This document shows positions 51,867 through 63,739 of a stretch of DNA of 64,000 bases, piece by piece. How positions within the stretch are numbered: position 1 is the first letter of the stretch; each line of letters starts with the position of its first letter. Origin of the DNA: Leucoraja erinacea. Taxonomy: Eukaryota. The notes beneath the pieces were generated by a model. The model worked only from the letters and a program-made list of their open reading frames with translations, ran no database searches and was not told the DNA's origin. The position numbers and the translations under genes were made by a program. The stretch is from contig NC_073394.1 in NCBI RefSeq assembly GCF_028641065.1, forward strand, positions 11,656,001 through 11,720,000, written 5' to 3'.

Positions 51867-54800
51867 TTACACGCTAGGTATTCATCACCAGATCTTACAA
51901 TAATTAGTCTATGCCGTTTTTTGGCCAAAATGCTTAACTGAAGAGCTATCTTGGGTCATGTAAAAGATCCCACAGCACAGTGTTGGTGCCCAATGATGAT
52001 TTCCCCAGCATTCTAGACCAATATTGGAGCCTCAATGAACAACTTATTTGGTTGTCCATGAGGAGAGATGGAAGAGGGTTTTCATTCAGGGGAGAGATTA
52101 GAGAAACTTGGCTTGTTTTCCCCAAGGTGAATGAGGCTGAGGTGAGACCTGATGGTCGTATTTAAGATTACGAGAGGGTAGTGCAAAGAACTGAAGAAGG
52201 GTCCCAACCCAAAATGTCCTGAAGAAGGGTCCTGACCCAAAACATCACCTATCTATGATCTCCAAGGATGCTGCCTGACCTGCTATGTTACCCCAGCATT
52301 TTGTGTCTTTCGTAGTCTAAATCTATTTTTACATGGCAGTGGTATCAAAAACAAAAAGGCATAGGTTTAAGATGAGAGGAAGACGTTTTAAAGGGGATCC
52401 TGAAGGGACAGTTAATGTTATGCAGAGTGGTTGGTTGATATCTGGTACAGGACCCATTTGATAATATGATCATATGACTCTATCTACAAAACAATATCAC
52501 AAATCTCAAATTATTTGCTGCTTATGAGAGCTTGCTATACATGAAGATGTTGAACCAGTGACCACTTAAAATGAGCTTCATTGTCTATTGGGTGTTTGAG
52601 AATCTTGAGGAGGAAAGCACTGTTGCAAGTAAACATCTTTTGTTCAATTGGTTCAGTGATGTTCTTCAAGGGAAGGATATCCAGTCAGCCATCTGTGTGC
52701 TTTCTCATTCCACACTGATGCAGCTGACTATTAGGAATCTGTTCCCTCACTCGATCCAGCAAGCCACTCGAGGATGATTTACAAAAAGACACCTCTTTTC
52801 CAGCAGCACCTGGAGGTGGTGTAATAACACTAGCCTTACTGTGGCACTGAAGTACAAAACACAAGAAGAATTCTCTCTGTGTGTTGTGAATGCAGCTTTA
52901 GAGTTGACACTTTATAGAATCTTTATTGTAAAATAAAAGTAATGTATTTTCCTTTAGTATAAGGTGCATATTTATTCTTTGTAATTTATGTTTCGCATAA
53001 TTTATAACTTTGTAAAAATGCACTTTTCGTATGATATGGTTGCACCAAGATTATTTGTGTGATTAAGACATTCTCTTGTTATGCAATTCTCTGCTGAATC
53101 TCACGCAGGGGCCACATACGTTGTAACGACAGACTCATCTCCAATTGTGGGTGATGTGAGACTGAGTCTCCTTTGACCGAGGTATAACCTCCGTAGAGAC
53201 ATCAGTAAATTGGAGTCACAGATCTTATGATGTGACCTTGTCAGCAGGAACCCTGGCACAGAGACCAACATCCACAGTGCGACCATTACTGGGCAGAAAA
53301 CCCACAGGGGACACGTTGACATCTGATGCCAAGTTTCTTGTCAAGTGCCCCCATGGCCTTTGCTAGGGTTTGCCAAGCCATAAAGCCTTCCTTTCATGTG
53401 GAAATTCAAAAGTATTACTCCCTGCCAGAAATACTAATGCATAGCCCGAGATGTTTTTAAAACTTAGAGGTTATTTACTTTTCCATGAACTGTAACCTTT
53501 ACAAGATGATGCTCTCTGTTGAACAAGACTGTTCCTCTCATTATATTGCTCAGCAAAATCTTTCTCACTCACATCTTCCAAGTTATTGAGCGGAGAAGGT
53601 TTTACAGGGTTACATTTGAAATAGCACAACTTGGCATTTTTTCAATGCTTCCATGAATTAGTTAATTGCTGGTAAAATTTATTTTGGCTCAATAAAGTTG
53701 GGAAGATTCTTGTCTCCGAAATGACATGTTTCTTTTTCCTTATTTCAAGTCAACACGTCAACGTTGCCGTCAAACAACCGTAACAGCATATGCTGAATGT
53801 CTGAATGAGAAACAGAAAAAAAAACTGGAAACACTCGGGTGGTCAGGCAGCATCTATGGAGAGAGGGAGTAAATAGTTCAATAGTACTTTATTATCACAT
53901 ATACCCAAGTACAGTGACATTCTTTGCGTACAGTTCAGTAAGAATCTTACTACACATACATAAATACAAAAGTGTGGGAATGATAGATAACACTGAGGTG
54001 AACACAAGAGTCACCGTTTCCTGCACCATTTTCAGTCCGAGAACCTTCATCAGAAAACAAGGTACTGGAGGAACTCAGTGGTTCAGGCAACATCTATGGA
54101 GGGTAAAGGACAGATGACGTTTTGGGTCAGGGCACATCACCCGTCTGAAGAAGGATCCTGACCTGAAATCGGCAGAGACATTGTCGGCTGAAGGACCTGT
54201 TACCGGGCAGTCAAGGTCAAAACACATCTCTCCTTTTCCCTTCACTGAAGCTGCCTGACCCACTGAATTCCTCCAACTGTTTACTTTTTACTCAAGATTC
54301 CAGCATCTGCCATCTCCCGTGTCACCGTTTATCAGAACCCTCACCTGCCAAAAGGTTTTGGACCTGAAACATGAACTCAGTTTCTCTCTCCACATACGCT
54401 GCCTGACCTGATGAGTATTTCCAGCATTTCCTTTTCCATCGACATTCCACATCAAGTTTCATTTTGCAGCGTGTGGCACTGATACTTCACAGAATCAGCA
54501 GTTTGGTTTCAATCCTGACCTCCGGTGCTCTCTGTGTGGAGTTTGCATGTTCTCCCTGAGACACCGTGGATGTCCCCCATGTGCTGCAGTTTCCTCGTAC
54601 ATCACAAAGACGTGTGCGTCAGTAAGTTATGTATCCATGGTAAATCATCCTTTGTGTAGATGGGTGTTAGGAGAAGAGTAGAGAAAATAGTGGAGGGAAA
54701 TAAATGGGGGAATGGGGTTGCACTGTGAGCCAGCATATAGTCAGTGGGCCAAATGGCCTTCTATATCAGGAGGAAAATGTGTCAACCACAGTTGAGTTGA

Positions 54801-55299
54801 GTAATCTCACTCTTGTCATTTGCTCCTACATCAGGGTTGTTCTCAGGTTATGATAGGGTTCTGTTATGGACATCTTTCCTTTGCCCTAATGCTTAGCAAC
54901 CCGGAAATGTGGTCATGAACCAAGTTCCCACCTGGCTGAAGATGTCTACAGCCTAATAGCATCTGGAAAATCCCTCCCGCCCATCTCCCAAACACTTGCT
55001 TATATATCCAGGTTGTACAAAAATCTGCCTTCTGTAACCTGGGGAGGACTTGTAACACACCTCCGACTTCCTCCGATCACTGTAAATCCATAGTAGTCTG
55101 GGTTGAAAGTCAACAGCCAATTTATCTAGAGTGAGCTTTGCTTCTATTTCTTTCACAGGGCATTGAAGGTCACCGCTGCTCACTGCTAAATCTCTGAACC
55201 CTCATGATTTCTCACCGTTGCTCTTTCTCTGAAAAGGGAATCTATTTAGTAATCTGAGGGAATCCAAGTATTATTGGAAAAGTCATATTTATCGTTCAT

Positions 55300-56365
55300 C
55301 CCTAATTACATGGAATGAGCTGCCAGAGGACGCCATGGAAGCAGATACAATTCCATTCTTCAAAATACATTTGGACAGGTACTGTATATGGATAGGAAGA
55401 GTCTAGGGGGCTATGGGCCAAATGCAGGCAAATGGGACTAGCTTGTTAGAACGCTAAACTAGAACGCTAACTTGGTGGGCATGGACAATTCTTGATGATG
55501 ATAGTGGTATATATAGGGCAGATAGTCAGAACCTTTTTCCCAGGGTGGAAATGTCAAAGACTTAAAGGGATATGTTTAAGGTGAGAGGGGGAAAAGTTTA
55601 AAAGAAATGTGCAGGCCAAGTCTTTTTTCACAGAGAGAATGGTGGGCGCCTGGAATCTGCTGTCAGGGGTGATGGTGGAGGCAGATATGATAGTGGCTTT
55701 TAGATAGGTTCTTGGATATGCAGGGAATGGGGGGATATGGATCACATGGAGGCAGAGGGGATTTGTTTATTTTAGTATCATGTTCGGCAGAGACATTGTC
55801 AGCTGAAGGACCTGTTACCAGGCAGTCAAGAAGGTCAAAATGCAGCTTTATAGGACTTCAGATGGGCTGCATTTGGAATATTGTGTGCAGTTCTGGTCCT
55901 CCCATTATGGATGGAAAGGATGTATAGGCTTTGGAGAGGACGAAGAAGAGGTTTACCAGAATGCTGCCTTGATTCGAGGATTATTACCTGTAAGGATAGG
56001 TTGGACAAACCATACAGAACTACAATAAAATAAAGTGATGAGAAGCATAGCTAGGGTAAATAGACTTTGTTTCCCAGTGTCAAAATATCAAGAACTAGAG
56101 GGGACATAGCTTTAAGGTGAGAGGTGCAAAAGTTAAAGGAGATGTGCGGGGAAGTTTTTAAAACAGAGAGAGGTGGGTGCCTGGAATGCGCTGCCATGGG
56201 TGGCGGTGGAGGCAGATATAATGCTGTCATTTTGGAGGCTTTTGAATAGACACATGGACATGCAGAGAATGGAAGGAATGGGATCACATGCAGCAAAGGA
56301 GATTAGTTTAACTTGGCATGGACATTGTGGGCCGAAGGGCCGGTCCCTGTGCTGTACTGTTCTAT
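55300..56365 (+). mobile_element. Cluster of CR1 LINE 3' fragments upstream of the gene B promoter
   Basis: Repeated CR1 3' ends (LEYCVQFWS..., gcctggaatgcgctgcca...). Confidence 0.7.
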
Positions 56366-56739
56366 TGGTCCTAAATTACAAGGTTCTCTTTGGATGTATC
56401 AGTACAAATTGAAATAAATAACATGAATTCTTTTTTCACTGACGGACCTTTAGTTGAATCTCTGCTGTGACTCACGCTGAGGTACTGCAATTTGGCTGAA
56501 TACTTCATCTCTGCACTGTGAGAACTCTTGTACATCAGTAACCCTGGAGAAACTAACTGGCCTCTGTAAATCAGGCACGCTCTTTTTCTGTGGGATACAT
56601 CCCAACCACACACGTTTCCAATGTAATCGACCTTTTTGTTAACTGTTAAAAGTAATGCACTCAACAGCTTATACTTCGGCCAAAGGAATAAGGAACGAAA
56701 AACCTACCGATCTTTGAACAATACCACAACCTTAAACTA

Positions 56740-56983
56740 AAAAGTCAATGTCAAGGGTCATTGTTGTAAATCTACATTGTGAAAGGACTGATGTCATCGC
56801 TTCACTTCTAGTTCAGAAACTCGGAGCAATTGGGAATTACTTCCCTCTGCTCCGTCCCATATTCAGGGACTTTGCGTCTTGCCTCTTGGGAAGACATCAC
56901 TCTGACATCAGCTCGAACAAAAAGAATGTTGATGCATGGGTTCCAAACCTCTTATATAAGGGAGCTGTTTTCACATCAAGATG
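56740..56983 (+). promoter_or_regulatory. Gene B promoter: TATA box, CRE-like TGACATCA at about -80, second inverted copy, nuclear-receptor half-sites
   Basis: TATATAAG 56953-56960, TGACATCA 56903-56910, TGATGTCA 56789-56796, AAGTCA-ATGTCA-A-GGGTCA ending at 56760. Confidence 0.65.
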
Positions 56984-57081
56984 CACCAACACAATTGCCA
57001 GCAGTGGGCAAATCGAAAAGTAGCTGCAGGAGCTCTTCCGAAGTTGGACTTGAAGCCTGCGAAACGAATTTTGAGGAATCG
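56983..57081 (+). other. Gene B non-coding exon 1 (5' UTR); TSS approximate
   Basis: Downstream of TATATAAG (56953-56960) and ends at perfect donor G|GTAAGT (57082-57087). Intron 1 is ~3 kb, to 60084. Confidence 0.72.
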
Positions 57082-57204
57082 GTAAGTGACTGTACTTATG
57101 TGGTGGAAAGTTGGGCGTTTGAGATCACTGTCACTGATTGATGAAAGAGCACCAAAGGTGTCGCTGGAAGCTGACATTTTATCCAGTGCATGCTTTGCGA
57201 TAGA

Positions 57205-57800
57205 GAGACAACGAACTGCAGATGCTGCAACCCTGAGCAAAACACAAACTGCTGGAGGAACCCAGTGGGTCAGGCAGTATCTGTGGTGGGAACGGATTAG
57301 CAACGTTTCGGGTCGGGAACCTTCTTCAGACTGATCTTCAGTTTGGGTAGCCCACAACCGAATGATATGAACATTGAATTCTCCAATTTGAAGTAATACC
57401 TCCGCATCCCTTCTCTCTATCTTTTGCTCACCTTCACCATGGCACGCACCCATTTCCCCCACTATTTCGCCCCTTTTCCCCCTTCCACTGTCCACTTTCC
57501 ACGTATCACTCCGTATGGCTTTTTACATTTCACCACTCTTTTCTCCACATCTGGCAACTTTTTGTCTCCTCTTTATCTCTGTCACTATCTTCAGCCATCT
57601 GCCAACCAACCCCCTCCCCACACTTGCATCCATTATCACTTGCAGGCTTTGTACTGCTCCCACCTCATTTTTCCAGATTTCGTTTCTCACTCTAATCAGT
57701 CTGAAGAAGGTTCCCCACCTCAAAACATCGCCTGCCCATTCCACCCACAGACGCAGTCTGACCCCGTTACATTACTCCAGCATTTTGTGTTTTGCTCATA
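57205..57800 (+). mobile_element. Penelope-like element fragment with inverted terminal repeat, in intron 1 of gene B
   Basis: + strand ~57337-57392 encodes FSLGSPQPNDMNIEFSNL (GIY-YIG C-terminus); inverted repeat at 57205-57335; hammerhead-like core ctgaagaagg...caaaacatc at ~57701. Confidence 0.7.
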
Positions 57801-57829
57801 CTTTGTGATGCCGCGGTCTAGCCTCTGAA

Positions 57830-58770
57830 CTGGTCTGGGTTCGATACCCACAGTTGATATATATATTGCCAAACCTGGTGGGCAGATTGATAGGGTACTG
57901 AGAGTAACTAAACTCTAGGAGATGCTGTCTTTCTGATGAGATGTGAAACCAATACCACACATTATCTGCGGACAGTTGACATGTGCATTAAGAAGCATTT
58001 GTAATTACTGCATGATGCAAGATTATCTAATACATATCTGCATTGATCCCTCCACAATGAAGATATACTGATGAAGAGCAGGTGGATACTTCATTTTCCC
58101 TAAATATTCATTAATCCTCAATTACTATCAATGAAATTGAAGAGAAGATTTACAAAGTTATTGCCATAACTCAAGGGTCTGAGCTATAAGGTTGGGCAGG
58201 TGAGGATTTTATTCCTTGATTTGCAAGAGGTTGAGGGGAGATTATATAGAGGTATACAAAATCATGTGGAATAAATAAGATGTCTTATTCATGAGGGAGG
58301 GGAATCAAAAGGGAATGGATTGAAGGTAGGATTGGAAAAAATTAATAAGAACCTGAGGGCAACTCTTCACACAGAGGATAAACAGATAGAACTAGCTGCC
58401 AGAAGAATTATTTGTAGGTATAATTCCAACATATAAACAGACATTTAGACAAGTACATTCATAGGAATGGTTTATAAAGATATGATCCAAATGCAGGACA
58501 ATGGGACTAGCTTTAATGGGGCATTGTAGTCAGCATGGACGAGTTGGGCCAAAAGGCCTGCTTCTGTCGTATATGACTCTGTGTCTATGAAACACATTTT
58601 CTGGCCATTGTCTCATAGCTTTTGGGATCTTGCAGTGTACAAATGGGATCCCTGTGTTTCGTCATCACAGCAGTAAGATAATGTGCGTTACAAAGCCATT
58701 TAGTATATCTTGTAGTTGTGATGAGGTTCAACAGAAATGCAAGTCCTTGATGCAAAGTGAATAGCAATAG
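57830..58770 (+). mobile_element. Deu-domain SINE relic interrupted by a CR1 fragment (58135-58585)
   Basis: gtactgagag...gctgtctttctgatgagatgtgaaacc...gaagagcagg; resumes after the CR1 piece with gggatcttgcagtgtacaaat...gttgtga...aatgcaagtc. Confidence 0.5.
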
Positions 58771-60087
58771 AAGTTAAAAGTATTTGCCATCACGTTTGGC
58801 ACGGACATCGTGGGCTGAAGGGACAGTTCCTGTGCTTAACTGTTCTATGCTCTACGCTACATGAAAAGAAACTATTAATATAACAAGTTGCTGCAATTTG
58901 GAAGGTGAAGCCTGAAAGGGTAAAATAAAGCAAATTCAGCCAAGGTTTATTGAGGGAAGGACCCAAAGTGCTGGAGTAACTCAGCAGATCAGGCAGCTTC
59001 TCTTAAGAACATGGATAAGTGACATTTTGGGCCGGGACCCTTCTTCAGACTGTCTAGCGGATGAATACTTGAATGGGGTTTTCAGGGATTCAAGAGTGAA
59101 GAATGTTTAATTGTCATCGGCATTGTAACTGGGACAATTAAATTCTTATTTGCTACGGCTTTACAGGCCCCTTAATGCAATAGCACAACAGATAAATATA
59201 CATTATTCAATAACACAATCAATTATCAGCGATACTAGGTAACTTGACCATAACAGTACAAACCGATGTAGTGCAACCTAACAAAAGTCCACAGTAGCTC
59301 GTTGCAGAGGTAGGGCTATGGTTAGGGTTGTGCAGGGTGGTTCAACAGTCTGACGGTTGATGTGAAGATACTGTTCTTATACCTGGAGGTCAAGGGTTTC
59401 AGGCCCCTCTACTTCTTCCGGATGGTAGCAGTGAGACGAAAGCGCGGCCAGGGTGGTGTGGGTCATTGATAATGTTTGAGGTGGCACTTCCTGTAGATCC
59501 CTTCGACGGTGGGGAGGTCAGATCCTATAATAGACTGTGCAATGTCCACCACTTTCTGCAGCCTCCTTCATTTCTCGGCATTTGAGTGACTAGGTTAGGC
59601 AATGATACAACCATTAGAATAAAAGGACGTACCTTTAGAAAGGAGATGAGGAGGAATTTCTTTAGTCAGAGGGTGATGAATTTGTGGAATTCATTACCAC
59701 AGGCGGCTGTGGAGGCCAAGTCATTGGGTATTTTTAAAGTGGAGATTGACAGGTTATTGATTAGCAAAGGTGTCAAAGGTTACAGGGAGCAGGCAAGAGA
59801 ATGTAGTTGAGGGGGAAAAATAGATCAGCCATGAAGGAATAGCAGAGTAGACTCGATGGGCCGAATGGCTTAATTCTGCTCCAATGACATGAACATATAA
59901 ACGGTATGTTCTCCATTAAACACCTGTAGAAGCTTAATGGAGTATCCAGCAACATGCTGAAATTGAGACAAACTGGATAGGTCTAAGAGAGAGCTGGCAT
60001 GGGCTTGATGGGCTGAAAGTCGGTAATAATTGTATGATCTGTAACCTGTCACTAAATGGTAATTCTTTGCTTTGTTAATTGCAGAGA

Positions 60088-60176
60088 ATGGTTTCCTTAA
60101 ACCTGGCACAAGTTGGAATTGTCGTCATCTTTTGCAGCATGTCGTGGCTGCTACCCTGTGAGGGCAATCCCAGAGG
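60088..60176 (+). CDS. Parathyroid hormone family gene B (PTH/PTHrP/PTH4-like paralog), coding exon 1 of 2: signal and pro peptide MVSLNLAQVGIVVIFCSMSWLLPCEGNPR(G)
   Basis: Acceptor tttgttaattgcAG ends at 60084, ATG at 60088, hydrophobic core VGIVVIFCSMSWLL, C-E-G signal-cleavage motif, donor GG|GTAAT at 60177. Phase-2 intron of 81 bp. Confidence 0.9.
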
Positions 60177-60257
60177 GTAATTCACCAGATATACAAGTAT
60201 ATTACAAGGATATTAGAACGGTCAGAGCTTGTATAATTAACCATCTTCTCTCTGCAG

Positions 60258-60564
60258 GAGGAGAACGGTGAGCGAACATCAGGAGATGCATGACAGGGGC
60301 CGCTTTCTGCAAGACTGGAAGAGGATGCAGTGGCTTGAGAAGATCATGGAGAGTTTGCACACGGCTGTTGAAGTCCTTCCTAATGACGCAGCTGCAGAAA
60401 ATCTACCGGGACAGAGGGAACCATCTGCACTTCCCCATACCCCCGGATATAGGGAAGGAATCGCCAGTAGCCACCAAGACCTCGAACTAGGAGGTGCTCT
60501 TGCTGGTGACCTCGAGGAAGCTGAGAAGGCAGCGAGCGTGGATCTTTCTGATCTTCAGAGTTGA
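60258..60564 (+). CDS. Parathyroid hormone family gene B, coding exon 2 of 2: RR plus 99-aa mature peptide TVSEHQEMHDRGRFLQDWKRMQWLEKIMESLHTA...DLQS
   Basis: Acceptor cttctctctgcAG ends at 60257. Splicing gives the furin site R-G-R-R before TVSEHQxMHDRG. PTH/PTHrP signature residues V2 S3 E4 Q6 M8 H9 G12 R20 W23 L24 H32 are present. Confidence 0.93.
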
Positions 60565-60565
60565 C

Positions 60566-60690
60566 CATAGTGTCATACAGCACAGAAACAGGCTCTTCGG
60601 CTTAACTTCCATTCAGACCAAGATGCCCCATCCAAGCGTTCCATTTGCCGGCGTTTGACCCATACCCTTCTAAACCTTTCCTATCTAACT
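60566..60690 (-). mobile_element. Antisense CR1 3'-tail fragment starting immediately after the gene B stop codon
   Basis: catagtgtcatacagcacagaaacaggctcttcgg is the reverse complement of the CR1 tail seen elsewhere in the window. Confidence 0.7.
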
Positions 60691-60824
60691 AACATTCAGT
60701 ACAATCAATTTTGAGGATCTACGAGTTGTATAGTGATCCTGACACTGTCTGATCCCAAATAATACCGACTGTTCCCTCTTATATACCAACTTATTTAATG
60801 GGGAACTTAAGTCACACATTTCCA

Positions 60825-61185
60825 TTTTATCCTCTTCTTCTCCTCCCCCTCCTGTCCTCTTCCATCCATATCCCTCCCTCCAGCTTTATTCCTCCTCATC
60901 TCTCCTTATCTGACACATTTTGTCTCCTTTTTACCTCTATCCTTTGTCACTTACTCCACCCATCGGCCAATCAAACCTCCCTCACCTGTATCCACCTATC
61001 ACTTGCCAAGCTTTGTCCTGCCTCCATCTCTCTTTTCCAGCTTTCTCCCCACTACGTCAAGAGTGTCCGGACCCAAAACGTCGCCTTCCCATTCTCTCCA
61101 CAGAAGTTGTCTGACCCACAAAGTTCCTCCAGCACTTTGTGTTTTGCTTAAGATTCCGGCACCTGCACTTTCTTATTTCTCCAAG
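60825..61185 (+). mobile_element. Penelope-derived 3' region in the gene B 3' flank or UTR
   Basis: Pyrimidine-rich body and gacccaaaacgtc...ttcctccagcactttgt terminus shared with other copies. Confidence 0.55.
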
Positions 61186-61260
61186 TACTTAACGTTACTA
61201 CTTACTCTATTTAATAATATTTTAACCAAACATTGGCAATCTTACATATATATTTCCTGA

Positions 61261-61386
61261 AATAAATACTAGCTGAGATATATTTATTGTTATTTATATA
61301 ATTTATTTTTGAGATTCAATTTCTCATTTGTTTTTAAATGTGTGTATTGTTCACAAGTCCTGATGCTATCAAAAAATAAAAATAAA
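61261..61386 (+). terminator. Candidate poly(A) signals and AU-rich 3' UTR segment of gene B
   Basis: AATAAA at 61261 and ~61375-61386; several ATTTA motifs at 61281-61310. Confidence 0.4.
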
Positions 61387-63739
61387 AATCTTGACGATTG
61401 CTTATATTACTTTCTGATTCAGAATATTGATGAGAAGGAAATAATATGTACTAATAAGATCATAACTAATCCTGCATCTCATCCACATTACCAATCTAAT
61501 CCCCATATCACACAATGCTTGTGGAGTAACTCACTCTATTAAGCAAACACAACATGGCAACACTGTGGCAGACCAACTTTAAATGTGCGCATTGGGACAT
61601 GGATAGACTAAATAGGAATGAAACTTTTCCCTTTGCACAAGGTCTAAAACAAAGGGCATAAATATGTAGCAGAATTAGAGGGGAAATTAGGACAAATTTT
61701 TCCAGGGATGCTCTCTGACCAGCTGAGTTACTCCAGCACTTTTTGTCCATCCTTGGTAAACCGGCATCTGCAGTTCCTTGTTTCTACAAACCTTTCCATC
61801 CATAAGTGCAACTCATTGTCTAAATGTGATTGTTAGACCGCGTGGGCTCGATGGGCCCAAGGGCCAGCTTCCATGCCGTATCTTTCAATCCAATTCAAAC
61901 AAAATATGGCGGTCTACAGTTTATGTGATTTAAGGTTCATGAGGCCATGAATGTAGTTAAACACGGGAGATGGTTTAGAAAGATCTGCTGTTCAAGACAA
62001 GGTGTTTGTGTGTCATCAGTGACCTCTTCTGGTGATGCTTGGAATCGAACTTGAAGCAGCCAGTTCCAAAGTGTCCTGGCCGGGGAGAAATTATTTCCTC
62101 CGGTATTGGGAGTCCAGAACAAGAGATATGGTAGTAGTAGAGATAGAGGCACCCCTTCACAAAGAGCTTAAATATCTCAAGCTTTCTTCTCAAAAAGAAG
62201 TTGACCTGTGGTGTCAATTAACAATGTTGAACATACGTTCATAAATTTTTAGACTGGCATGGCTATTGAAAGTTGCAAATTCAATCAGGACTAATGCACA
62301 ACTGTGATCTAATTGAATAAATGACTATGCTTTGAGTGAGCTGTTCCCATGTTCTAGACAAAAATGATTATACTGGTATACTGTTCCGAAGTCACAATTC
62401 ACAAAAAAACATTGTTGAAAACATGGCAATTTTTTTGAGTTGTCAAAGTGCTGAAGCAACTCTGTGGGTCAGGCAGCGGCTTTGGAGGACATTGATAGGC
62501 AACGTTTCGGGTCAGGACCCTTCTTCAGACTGAGTCCCTCCAGCATTTGGTGCTTTGCTCAAGATTCTAGCATCTGTAGTTCCTAGTGTCTCGTCTGGAA
62601 AACTTTTCGTAAGCAAGGTCTATTATTTTCAGCTTTATTATTGTTCAGTGATGAAACCCAATATGGGCTTTCATCTTCAAAATGGAGTGGCTGATTCTCC
62701 AAACCGCTGAGAGTGTTCTCCGTTCTGACGCCGGAGCTCCGGTCAGCCCGGCTGGAAGGCCCCGAACAAAGAGGAAGAGGACTGAAATTTATTGCCTTCC
62801 CTCACAGTGGGGAAACGTTGATTCTGCGGTGTGGGCATCTTCATTTTAAATTCTATCGTGTATTGTATTCTTTTTATTCGTATGTCTGTATGGTAATTCA
62901 AATCTCACTGTACCAATTGGTGCATGTGATAATAAATGTCTCTTGAACTCTTGCCCTCTTCTCACTGCTACCCTTGGGCAAGACTTGGGTAGAAGTCTGA
63001 AGTCCCACACCACCAGGTTCAGGAACAGCTACTTTCCAATAACCATCAGGTTCGTGAACTGATCCATGCAATCCTAATCATACCGTGACAACGGAACACC
63101 ACCTTGCATTACCACGGCCTAATTTTTCCTTTTGTATTTTGCACTGTCTTGTATCTTTACACAGTCTTGTTTCTTTCAGAAATGTTAGGCCTAAATATTG
63201 TATAATTTGTTGCTGTGTGTTGTCTGAGTCCATGTGCCTGTGATATTGCTGACGATTTCAGTTGTACCCGCACCTCACCGGACTGGTAAACATGACAGTG
63301 AATTTAATTTTATTCCAGACTGGAGATCAATGGCAGGTTCTGGAAGTCTTCAATTAAACAGACATTTAACAAGTCAGTATCTATGGAGAGAGAATGTTTT
63401 AATATTGCAGTTACAGCCTTATATCACAACTGCTTCAAGCTTTTGTTTTGGTTCTGCATGATATTGGATGTTTTATATTTAGTGAAGTGTTTTTGTTTAT
63501 TATGTTATCTATTGAGTTCTGTGTTCACAAACCTGTTGTTGTGCTGCTTCAAGTATGAATGGCCAAGTAGTGTCTGAAGAAGGTTCTCGACCCGAAATGT
63601 CACCTGTTCATGTCCGCCCAGCTGAGTTACTCCAGCACTTTGCGTCCTTTTGTCTAAGAATGTCATTGTTCCGATTCAGTACATCTGATAATTAAATACT
63701 CTTGACACATAGATTGCTGAATTCAACATTCAGACCCAG

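Noticed and set aside
60258-60564. Calling gene B PTHLH (PTHrP) or TIP39/PTH2
   Set aside because: It lacks the PTHrP mid-region and basic NLS and the TIP39 SLALADD motif, and has a PTH-type 3-exon structure; no symbol assigned without phylogeny.
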